Source: Octopus sinensis (Eukaryota). From it: DNA of 64,000 nt. This document shows, piece after piece, positions 46,832-58,030 of this stretch (positions within the stretch are counted from its first letter, which is position 1; the number at the start of each line of letters is the position of its first letter). The stretch covers positions 92,690,001 to 92,754,000 of the forward strand of contig NC_043005.1 of assembly GCF_006345805.1 (NCBI RefSeq). Direction: 5' to 3'. A program made the position numbers and the translations under genes. The notes under the pieces were generated by a model that did not search any database, was not told where the DNA came from, and was given only the letters and a program-made list of their open reading frames with translations.

Positions 46832-47253
46832 GGATCTTTTCGGTTTGAACGGCAGTTTTTTCTAGCGGTGTCATATGAAATTGTCACCCATAATTATGAC
46901 CCTAGTATCGATCTATTGCATTTCAATCTGTTTTAGGGTTAGGATTAGGGTGGGGGGAAGGGTATCTTTTTCTTTCTTCAGAAATGTAAATAAACCCAAT
47001 CTGTTTCTTAAACAAGGGACATATTCATACGGCACAGAATGTTTTTTTTTACCTCAATGGACGTGATTGATTGGTTGAAATTGCAGAAATTGAAGTAAAA
47101 AAAACAAGAAATATCTTACAAACCATAGAATTTTCTCAATAAAGCCAAGAGAAAAAGATGTTTTATAAACACATCCTACCAGTATACGAAGTTTTAAATT
47201 TTTTAGTTCCCTAGAAATTATGTTAAAAACTGCCATTCAAACCAAAAAGATCT
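46832..47253. mobile_element. MITE, 422 bp, ~29-bp TIRs, 8-bp TSD GTTGCTCT
   Basis: GGATCTTTTCGGTTTGAACGGCAGTTTTT and AAAAACTGCCATTCAAACCAAAAAGATCT; TSD at 46824-46831 and 47254-47261. Confidence 0.9.
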
Positions 47254-47324
47254 GTTGCTCTTCTAAAAGGCTAATTTTTTTTACCCAAAATATTAGTACT
47301 TTTATTGGAATATAACACCTTTGT

Positions 47325-47534
47325 ATATTGCGTTTTCGGATTTGGTTTGCAAGATTCTTCATGTGAGTTCGTGGTGTTGAAGCATATTCTGTTGTGTCTG
47401 GGGAGAGTCATTTTCTTTTTGTGTCTTATAATATAACACACTCACGGGTAAAATTTCCACTTATTTTTTTGGAAATTTTATCGGTGAGTGTGTTATATTA
47501 TAAGGCACAAAAAGAAAATGACTCTCCTCAGACA
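47325..47534. mobile_element. Fold-back element: 65-bp inverted arms, 10-bp loop, 5' extension
   Basis: 47395-47459 is the near-perfect reverse complement of 47470-47534; the extension TTTGGTTTGCAAGATTCTT recurs at ~58778. Confidence 0.8.
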
Positions 47535-47564
47535 ACACCTATGTATATAATACATGTGTAATCT

Positions 47565-47660
47565 TTTCTGCTCTAGGCACAAAGCCTGAAATTTTTGGGG
47601 AGGGGGCCAGTCGATTAGATCGACGCCAGTACGCAACTGGTTCTTAATTTATTGACATCT
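47565..47660 (-). mobile_element. SINE family 2, 3' fragment
   Basis: GGCACAA.GCC.GAAATTTTTGGGGAGGGGG..GTCGATTAGATCGAC..AACTGG. Confidence 0.55.
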
Positions 47661-48861
47661 ACTCATCTACGCATCGATACAGACACAAGTGTACACATTT
47701 TATATTTAAATTTTTCACAAGGTGGTAAACTTTATCCCCATCTAAACTTGTTTTCCTATTATGAAATTACATTCTTTTTTAAAATGGTGTCCAGAATCCT
47801 GTTTTTGGATTATATTTTGATTTTGTTTGGGCGTATTTTCTTTGATAAAGATTCTAAATTGGGATAGGCTTGTTGTTACAAATTTTATCTCATAATTTAT
47901 ATATATATAATCTAGATGTAGTTGATAAAGAACCATTTTAAATTGCCCTTACCCACAAAACTTCAAAACACTTTTAGTTTGTAAAGCAATACAAAATGAA
48001 ATAAAAGTAGTTATCAAAAATGAAGACAATCTGAATTGATAGAACTGATCACTTGGAACTTTTTCTCTTGCAAGATATAAATAATGCAAGGAATCATTTC
48101 TTTAAAAAACTCTTACCAGTAACTTACATATTTTTGGACATGATTATATGCATTTTCCTAAGTTTAAATCACAACATAATGTATCAAATACACTCTGCTA
48201 AGTGGTTTGTGAATGAACAGAAACACTGTAAAACTGGAAGAACCCTTCAGTCTGACCAAGGGTATTGGGTTGCTGCATCCAATATACTCTATTAAGTGGT
48301 TGATGTATGGGTATCAGCCATAAAAAATTGCCAAAAATAGAATATATGAGTGAAGCAGTGTCCTCTAACCCATCAAGGAAAGGCAATAACTAAAAAAAAA
48401 AAAAAACTCACTTTGGCATGATGTCTCATCCAACTCATGCCAGCATGGAAAGTGGGAAATGAAATGATGATAAGGAAAATCAAAATGGCAAAAATAGAAC
48501 ATTGGAATAATTTAGTTTTGAGCATGGCCTTTTATCCTTTGTCGGATGAAACATGTAACAATCATGTCATCTCATTTCTTTCAATAATTAAGTTTAAGTA
48601 AGAAACTTTTATTAACTCATCTTTGTTTTTCATCTTCATCATTTTAACATCAACTTTTTCATGCTTACATGAGTTAGACAATGACTTTGTTGAAGCAGAC
48701 ATCTCTATGGCCAGATGCTCCCTCGTTACCAAACCTCTTTCGTTTTTGAACAAGTTAATATTTCCTCTCTTCTCTATGGAACAATGCAGCACAGCTTGAA
48801 CTGCTTTCGTGAACTGTTTCTTCATTTGCAAATATTGTGCACATGTCAAAACAAATATATG

Positions 48862-49031
48862 CACACACACACACACACTGGTCACCTTTCAGTTTCCGTC
48901 TACCAAATTCCTATCACAAAGTATTGATTAACCAATGGCTATAGTAAAGGACTCCAGTCAATAGTGCTCATGGCTGATAGAACTCCACACCACATGGCTC
49001 AGACGCAAATATCTTAATTGCACAGCCATGC
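48862..49031 (-). mobile_element. SINE family 1, 5' half
   Basis: TTTCAGTTTCCGTCTACCAAAT..CACAGCCATG matches 888-1030. Confidence 0.7.
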
Positions 49032-49934
49032 TTACAACTACAACTATCTTTGCTAATTCATAATCTTATATTCCTTTTATTAACCATTCTGCATCCATTC
49101 TATTTCCTTCATCAGCTTTAATCTTTGCTATTGTTTTGGTTCCCAGACTAAATGTTCCTATTTCAATTATTTTCAAAAAAATAATTTTCGTGTTTTATAG
49201 CATGTAAATCTTTTCAATCTTTGAAGGGTGCCTCATGGTACAGAATCTCAACAACTGGCTGAGAGGTCGGTAAGTCTAAACCATGTTAGCCATTCTGCTG
49301 TGGTTTAATACATTACTCAGCCTGTCCAGCTGAAAATATAACTGCAGATTTCACAATTGAATAGTAAATATTAAGAAGGATATGTAACCATAAAGTACTG
49401 ATAGTATGAAACAAAGGTAAACAAGTAAAATATATTCATGTAAAGACATATTGAAAAATTCTTCTCCTAGAGGACTTGCGCAGAAACACATATTGAGCTG
49501 TGCATGATGTCTTTGGATCTTAAGATGCATGTATTTCTGCATTTATTTGCATTGTGAACTACAGACACCAGCTCTGTCATTCACAGATATGGAGTTTGTT
49601 TCCATGATAGGAACACCATTACATCCTTGCTTCTGAAATATTTTTATTTAATTATTATTTTTTTGTTTTGCCTACATATTTCTAAATCTTAAATAGTCTT
49701 TAATTTATGAATTGTAGATTAATTTTGACTGTATTTGTTACTTCAAATAAGTAGATTGCATTAAAAAAATCCTGCTAACGAATAATGTTTGAGTAATTTG
49801 TATGAAAATGATGACAGATTTGCCAAATCTTCTAATCAATGCATGTCAAGATTTCAGTTGAAAAAATTTTTTTCCTTTTTGCCGGATAAAACACGATCAC
49901 ACATTTGCGTAGCAGTAAATGTAGAAATGGTTTC

Positions 49935-50280
49935 ATCATCATCATCATCGTTTAACGTCCGTTTTCCGTGCTAGCACGGGTTGGACGGTTCGACCGGGGT
50001 CTGGGAAGCCAGGAGGCTGCATCAGGCTCCAGTCTGATCTGGCAGTGTTTCTACAGCTGGATGCCCTTCCTAACGCCAACCATTCCGTGAGTGTAGTGGG
50101 TGCTTTTTACGTGCCACTGGCACAGGTGCCAGGGGAGGCTGGCAGCAGCCACGATCGGTTGGTGCTTTTTACATGCTACTGGCACAGAAGCCAGTCAAGG
50201 CAGCGCTGGCATCAGCCACATTCAGACAGTGCTTTTTACGTGCCACCGGCACAGGGCTCACAACTACAATTTCCATTTGA
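49935..50280 (-). mobile_element. RTE 3'UTR and tail fragment with a third module variant
   Basis: (CAT)n tail, GATGCCCTTCC core at 50060 and three TTTTAC.TGC.AC.GGCAC modules. Confidence 0.85.
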
Positions 50281-51528
50281 TATTTATTTTGATATTCATA
50301 TATTTGTTTATCAACTCCTGCATTTATAATTTCAATCTCTCTTCCATTGTAGGGAAATGTTTGTTAAAATCATTTTGTACCTGGTTTGATCATTGATTGG
50401 AAAGATCTTGACCAAATGTTTTGTGAGTAAGAGATTTTTTTTTTTGTTACAACTATGCAATTTGAAGTTCTATTTAAGACAATATCCATTAGTTGTTAGT
50501 AACAGATTCAGCAGATGAACTTTTGAAGTAAAAGTTCTTATCATAAATGCTGAACAAATGACTTGTATTCTTCAGTAAAATGCTTTGTGTTCTTGAGCAA
50601 GACAAAATGAACTGATGCAAATAAATACCTTACTTAACTCTAGGAAAGTTGCTATGTTATTGGGTAGTGGCATATTCAAAGGAGATGTTTGTTTCTCTTC
50701 TGCTTAACCATTTTGATACCAACCCAGGTTAATAATGACTAAGTCAAAAATATTTCTTAATTATTTCCAAAACAATTGAAACACAAGCAGTGTATTTCAA
50801 CAGAGAAATGATAACAAAATAACTAAAGCTAAGGGGGAAAAAAACCCCCTATAAATAAATGAATAGTGAACCCATATAAGCCATTACTGTAAATTTCTGT
50901 AATTAACCGAATGTATGAGAATAGAAGAACTGAGATAAGATATCTAAGAAGTTTCAGACGATTACTAATTGTCTGATGTGTAAAAAGAATTGCAGTTATG
51001 TTTTGTTTTCTAGATAACATTTGAAGTTAAATTATGAAATTAAAATCATTCTTTTTAATATTTTAAGAATTTTCAACCACACCTTTCTTGATAAGATCAT
51101 CAATTAAGCTGCATCTCTAGAAATTATAAAAGTATTTAGGGAACTGTTACCAATTCCATTTTAATAGGTTCTGTCTTATACTAGCAGACAAGTATACATG
51201 CTAATTGTGAATTTGAGTCTTTACAAGTGTAATGCTGTCTTTTGGTACAAAACACTTGACTTGCACCACCAAGAAGATGATTCCCACAGTTTCTGTTAGA
51301 GCAAAGTTTTAAGTTAATCACTTTGAATGTTGAACAATAAATGATTAGAATAGAACATTCTCCAGACTATTTTTATAAAAATTTTCTTGCTGGATTTAAA
51401 TTGCAGATTGCTATTTTAGTAAATTTAATTTTTGAAATAATTTTATATCTGACCTTGGAGAATACTTGATGTAAATAATTTTTTTTTATATTCTCAAATA
51501 GTTTTCTCCTTTCTCTGCTTAGTTTTCC

Positions 51529-51922
51529 AGTGGTAAGTAGCTTGTTTACCAACCACATGGTTCCAGGTTCAGTCCCACTGCGTGGCACCTTGGGCAAGTG
51601 TCTTCTACTATAGCCTTGGGGTGACCAAAGCCTTGTGAGTGGATTTGATAGATGGAAACTGAAAGAAGCCCGTCGTATCTATGTATATATACGTGTGTGT
51701 ATGTTTATGTGTCTGTGTTTGTCCCCCTAGCATTGCTTGACAACCGATGCTGGTGTGTTTATGTCTCCGTTACTTAGCGGTTCGGCAAAAGAGACCGATA
51801 GAATAAGTACTGGGCTTACAAAAGAATAAGTCCTGGGGTCGTGTTGCTCGATTAAAGGCGGTGCTCCAGCATGGCCACAGTCAAATGACTGAAACAAGTA
51901 AAAGAGTAAAGAGTAAAGAGAG
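51529..51922 (+). mobile_element. SINE family 1, near full length
   Basis: GGTTCAGTCCC B-box; high identity to the reverse complement of 622-1025; (AAAGAGT)n tail. Confidence 0.85.
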
Positions 51923-52171
51923 TTATATAGATCTTGAATGTAATATAAATAATGATGAAAAAAAAAACTCATAAAGATATAATATGCTACATGAATTAGT
52001 AAAACAAACAATTAGTAAACTGGTAAAAACATGGAGCTCAAAGGAGGCCGAATGGCTCTAATACTGTACAATAGTGCAGAGGTATTGTTTGATGCAATAA
52101 TTTAGATTTGCATCGTGATATGTAGTTATTGAGTGGATTCAGCTTTGCTGGAAGATATCCAATCATTATTT

Positions 52172-52393
52172 TATGCTTGCTTAAGGTGGCAAGCTGGTAG
52201 AATTGTTAGTATGCCAAGCAAAATTCTTAGTGGCACTTTGTCTGTCTTGATGTTCTGATGTGCTGTTGAGGTCGACTTTGCCTCTCATTTTTTAAGGGTT
52301 GATGAAATGAACACCAGTTGAGAACTGAGATCAATGTTATCAACTTGTCCCTCCATCCTAGAAACTGCTGGTACTGTGTTGAAATTTGAAACC
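52172..52393 (+). mobile_element. SINE family 2, near full length, diverged
   Basis: TGGCAAGCTGG A-box-like head, GAGGTCGACTTTGCC, AAATTTGAAACC end. Confidence 0.65.
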
Positions 52394-52404
52394 ATTATTT
52401 TATG

Positions 52405-52600
52405 TTTGCTTACCATGGGTTGGACAATCCAATAGGATCCAGAACACCAGAGGATCATGCTTTGCTCCAGTATCTCTGGTTTAACATGGCCTCTACAGCT
52501 GGATGCCCTTCCTAATGCCAACCATTTTACAGAGTGGCCTGGATGCTTTCTGCATGACATCTGTACTAGTGAAGTCGCTTTGAAACTTCCAAGACTGAAG
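52405..52600 (-). mobile_element. RTE tail remnant
   Basis: CCATGGGTTGGAC..GGATGCCCTTCCTAATGCCAACC. Confidence 0.65.
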
Positions 52601-52692
52601 AACCCCAACAACTGAGAGTAGGAAAGTGGGTGGAGGCTTTAGGTAAGGCCTTGAGAAGTTAAAGCATGATGGGAGAAACAGGTTTATTGTTG

Positions 52693-52727
<35 letters not shown>

Positions 52728-52974
52728 GAGAAATACTAACAGGAGCAGAGACAGGGGAAAGGAGGAGTAGAAAGGAAAGAGAAAGAGTCATGTTAGGAGT
52801 TAATGAAAGAAAGTTGGTGATAAGGAGGACAGTGGGGCTGGTTGGGTGGGAGGAGATTCAGAGCTACTCTGCATTATATGGGGTGGATTGGAGTGGTGCC
52901 AGAAAGAGAGATAGAGATGATGATTGAAAGCCAGAACATGACCTCAAGATATTATCCTCTTGCATTTAATATTG

Positions 52975-53281
52975 GTCGAATTGGTAGAGCACCCACCTTA
53001 CTCTCCTGACTTGGCCCCCTCCAACTATCCCCTTTTTCTACAACTGAACAAACATTCCAAAGGAATGAAATTTCACTCTGATTTGGAAGAGATTGCTGCT
53101 ATAGAGGTCTGGTTGGAAGCCTGACTTTCCAAGTTCTTTTTATAGGGCTTTGAAAAACTGAAGGACCACTGCAATAAGAATGTGAATCTGAGAAGGGATT
53201 ACATTGAATGAAATCATAATTAACTGATCCTCCTGTATTTTCTTTTATCCAACACCAGGAACTTTTCATCACTCCCTCGTA
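52975..53281 (+). mobile_element. mariner 3' remnant
   Basis: Translates ELVEHPPYSPDLAPSNYPLF..KFHSD; ends AACTTTTCATCACTCCCTCG+TA (TIR-like). Confidence 0.85.
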
Positions 53282-55379
53282 AGGTACAAACTATTTCTTT
53301 GATATATACAGAAATTGAGTCTTTATGCTGCTGAAAGAGATAAGGTTGTCTTGTTCCTTTTGAAAGCTGATCTATTGATTGTCATCATTATCAGCTTTAT
53401 GTTCTTGATCATCAGTTATGTTGTGGAGTTGTTTAGTATTCAGCTCTAATTGAACAGATCTGTTGCACACAAATACTTAATCAAATTTCTTGCTTTGACC
53501 CACAGGTCTACCATTCCACATATTCCATATTTCTCACTAGCAAAACATCATAATCCATGCTCTGACATGTAGTGGTTAATCATATGGAGACTAGTGTTGT
53601 AGTCAGGACAACTTCTACTCTACACTGCAATTTATTATGTACGCCTGTAGATTCTGGTTATGGCCACCAATGCAGAAAATGGTGGTCATGTTTGGTTTCA
53701 TTTACTATTGATGGTGTATGTTTTAGCAGGGCTTGTGACCAAGAGACTAGCTAATATTTTTTTGTAAATGTGGTTTAAGTTTGAGCTCAACAGAGAAGTT
53801 AGTGGAATCTTTTACATTGTTGCTTGTTTTGCTAAAATTAGCACCTAAATTTCCTTCAGTGTTCATCCAACTACCTTGAAAATGTGTTGGATTTATCAGT
53901 GAGACTAATTATGGTGGACTGGATGTTTCATGGTATCGAGAGTAGCAATAAATGTTCTGAAATTAAACCCTATCAGTCTTTCATCCCTCACATGCCCAGC
54001 ATTTTACTGGGTCTGAGTCAGTCATCTCCAACATTTCCTTCTTGTCAAAAGTAGAAATTTTCTTTTGTTTTATGTAAATAAAAACAAATGGTTTTGAGCT
54101 TTCCTTTCTCACTTGACTTGCTCCTAGTAAACTTAGCTAAAAACAAAATTCTTCTCATGCAAAAAACAATGTTTAAAAATTACTCAGGGTGGAACTCACA
54201 AACCAAATACTAAAAATAAACATGTTTCATAGAAAAGATCAAAGAACTATTTCACACTGATTTGTATAAATCTGGAAAACGGAAGTTTCAAAACTGTCGA
54301 AGAGTCAAGAGACGAAGGTCTGAGTAGAGAGTAAGAATGTGGTGGTAGAACAACACCTGCAACAAGTAGGGTGGCGATTATAAAAGAAAAGGGCAACATG
54401 CCAAGACAGGGCTGTGGTGATGGCACAATAGTTTGAGATTTATCCTGAACAGAATAAGTAATGAAGCAAGCACCATTCTTTAGATAATGTTTGGAATGTT
54501 GAATGTAGTTACAAGAACACTACTTAATGTATTGGAACATAATTTTCCTTTGAGATAACAAACTAATGTATGTCTTTTTAGCATCAGATTCTATAAATGA
54601 TAATGGTGAAGCTGATTTGAATTATAAATTTCAGTTTATATTCCCCTCATCTCTCTTGTATGAATTTAGAAAGCAGAGTTGAAATTAAAGATAGAATATA
54701 AAAATTCATTGAATGAGATTCATAGTTTCTTTTTATTTGGTCTCAGTTTAAAAATTTCTAAGCACAGCTTTCTAGTCAGGGTTTCTCAAACTGGGGTATA
54801 CATATCTCTAACAATATGCAAGAGAAATTATATATATATAAAAAAAAAAAACTGGACTTTTGAAGTACTTACAGTCGAATGAATGCAGTTAATATGCCTC
54901 AAAAATGTCTGGAGAGCTTTTTGCTATTTCCCACCCATTTATCTTTCTAATCAAGGGTTTTCAGTAATGTTTATAATCAAAAACAATTTTTGTGTAAGAC
55001 TGTCTTGTGTGCCTCTCAGAAACTGTGCACAGAACTGAGTTACTTGTTAGAAAGAGCTGTTTAAAGTCATCCCGTTAAAAATGTAACCCATCAAACTGAA
55101 ATGATTTCTTATATAGACACAAGTTCAGGAATTTTGTGGGAGAGAGCAGTTGAATAATTAACTTGATTAGTACTTTCTTTCATCAACCCCAGAAAATGGA
55201 AAGTTGACCATGGTAAGGTTTTAACTCTTTAAATTAAATCTATTACAAATATACGTGTTATCTCTTTCACTGTTTTTTTCCATATGGAGTATGCCAATAC
55301 CGTTGGGTGCAATGAAGAGGTATGTTGGAAGAAAAAGTTACTGAGATATGTGATACATTTAGATAGCAATGCATATGAG

Positions 55380-56292
55380 GTGGGATAATATCAGAGTCAA
55401 GTCAACAAATATGTTAGTAGGAAAAACGTTGATTGCATTCATCTCATGGTGATGGATGACTATAAATCACATAGAGCAATTGTTATTAGCCTATGTTGTG
55501 AGAGTTGAGAATATTTTGCACAATGAATATGGCATGATGAAGGTTTCTGCTCAGTGAAGGACATGTCCTCTGACACCTGATCAAAAGTACACTAGGCTGA
55601 TCACATCACGAGAAAATCTAACATTGTTTGAGGCAAATCCAGCTGGTTTCCTTGAACATTTCCTAACCTGGGATGAATGTTGGGTTCAACACTTTGTGCT
55701 AGAGACAAAGAGACAATCTATATAGTGGAAATACCTGCTTCACCTGCTCCAAAGAAGGCCATGGTCGTTTCATCTGAAGGGAAGGTCTCAACTTTTGGAT
55801 GCGAAGGGCATTGTGTTTATTGACTATCTCCAAAAGGGCCACACCATCAATGCAGAATACTATACCAAGTTGCAAAAAACTGTCAAGACCAAATGCCCAG
55901 GAAAACTGATAAAAGGATCCTGCTTCATCAGGATAATGCTCCAGCGAACAAGTCCTTCGTTTGAATGATTGTTGTGTGTGACTTTGGCTTTGAACTGGTT
56001 GCTCATCCTCCCTATTCTTATGATCTGGCTCCATCTGACAATCATTGGTTCCCTAAGATGAAAAAACACTCAGCTGGGAACCGTTATCACAGTGATGGCA
56101 ATGTCACATCTGCTGTTGATGACTTTTTTGATGAACAGAATGAAAGCTTCTTCACCAATGGGATCCAAGCACTGCAGCACCGATGGAAGAAGAGTGTGGA
56201 CTGCAGGGGGACCTTGTCGAAAAGCAAACCTCATTTGGTCACATTCCAAGAGAGTATTTTGGTCAGCCCATGGACTTTTCTGCTGACTCTTG
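55380..56292 (+). mobile_element. mariner remnant with D,D34D-type catalytic motifs
   Basis: TWDECW, LLHQDNAP, HPPYSYDLAPSD, LQHRWKK; TIR-like GACTTTTCTGCTGACTCTTG+TA. Confidence 0.88.
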
Positions 56293-57769
56293 TATATGTC
56301 TTCCCCAGACTGGACTCACTAGTCTCATGGTTCGCTACAGTATACCCATGCCAAAAGATTGTAAAACATGCTGTACATATGGAAAGGTCTGCAAATCTAT
56401 TGGTGGTTTTAGAAAGATATAGTACCACACATAGAAATATATATCTGCATATTGATGTGCAAACAAAGCTGTCAGGCCTACCAAAAGGCACACAGAATCC
56501 TGGTAGGCCATTGTTGAAAGTATGATTGTTTTAATAACTAGTGATGGGTAGCCATCATGCACATATGTATATATTTATGTGTGCTGGTGTGTATGTATAT
56601 ATTTGTGTGCTTGCGTGTATGTATATGTATATATTTATGTGTGCTGGTGTGTATGTATATATTTCTGTGCTTGTGTGTGTGCACATAAGCAAGCTCAAAT
56701 GCTGTTATGTTTTATTACTAAAATCTGCCAGAGATTTACATATAGGAAAATATTTCTCAACTGCAGAAATTTTTAGTTTATCAAGTTTGATATTGTTTTT
56801 CTTTTACATTTTATGTGTGGTATTTTGAATTTACTAAATTTAATTTAGCTTTAAATACCAATTGAAGTTTCATGTCAACTGTAATTCATTAGAATTTCCA
56901 AAAGGTAACATTTATTTAAAAAAACTGATCTTTTCTTTCAAAGAAAACTATAATTTTGTGCTTGCAATGTTATCAGACTTGTAGCATCTGGAATATGAGG
57001 AAACTGTTGAAGATCTGAGTTGGTAAGAATTAATCTAGAAGAGTTCAGTAATCAGAACTGCTGTGAAGCGTAAAAAAAAAAGTTTGAATACTTGGAACAC
57101 TTGTCCCTCTCTGAACAGTTTAGAGGTTGTTGTCATTTGGGACATAAAACTGCAGATGGGAAAATGAATAAAGAGAGGAGGAGAAGAGGGCAAAGCAAGT
57201 GGGAGGAGGTGCGATAAGTGGGAAAAAGGGCTGGAGGAGTTAAAATTTATAGCAAGATCCAGTATTTTTTAAATGGGTGATAGGTGGCAAGGTCCAGACC
57301 AGATTGGTTTGAAGAAAATGAGAATGTAAGGCAAAAAAGGGTGATATAATGCACTGAGGGAGGAGAAGAAAAATGAGTTGGTAGAGATTTGAAATTAGTA
57401 AGGAGTGGTCAGTAAATAAAGAATTGAAGCTATAAGGAATGTAAAGAATTAAGAATCTAGAATCTGTAAGGAGTGGTTAGAGTTATAGAGATCAAAATGT
57501 TTAGAGAAGGAAGGCAGAAATGTATAGTAGTTTGTTATAAAAGGAGGGAAAAGAGCTGAGGTATGAAATTAAAGTATAACAGTAAAGAGGGACACCAACT
57601 ATAATAAGCAAGACATGTACGAAAGTCAATGACTGTGTGAACAGTAATATGCAATCTATGCACAAAATTGTGCATAACATACAACCATATAGTATGTACA
57701 CACACACACACACATGAACACATGCACACACATACAAACACACACACATTAATCTCAAAGCACCAGCAA

Positions 57770-58030
57770 AAACAGCTTTTGAGGTTAAAGGGGTCGAAGG
57801 TGAAGGCAGAATTGTAGGGAGTTGTATTAAGGCCATATGGGGCAGAAATATCCCATATGCATTGCTCTTTGTGGGTGTCATGAGAGCCAAAGTGTTGGAA
57901 AATATCTCAGATTCAGAGGTGGTCAAAGAAATGGCTTTTGGTTTGAGAACTCCTTGAGCATTGTTCCAAATGACCAGAACCTGTTCTCCAAAGGGCAACC
58001 TATTTCATCCAAGAATAGTGCATGGTAGAG
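57770..58030 (-). pseudogene. Possible decayed Penelope GIY-YIG remnant
   Basis: Shifted frames read LFLDEIGCPLENRF and KEQCIWDISAPYGLN, loosely like YIGETGR.L..RF and EQ..I..L.T..P.GLN. Confidence 0.35.

Noticed and set aside
57501-57998. 165-aa ORF as a host gene
   Set aside because: Runs through a (TG)n tract and a probable Penelope remnant, with no coherent domain.
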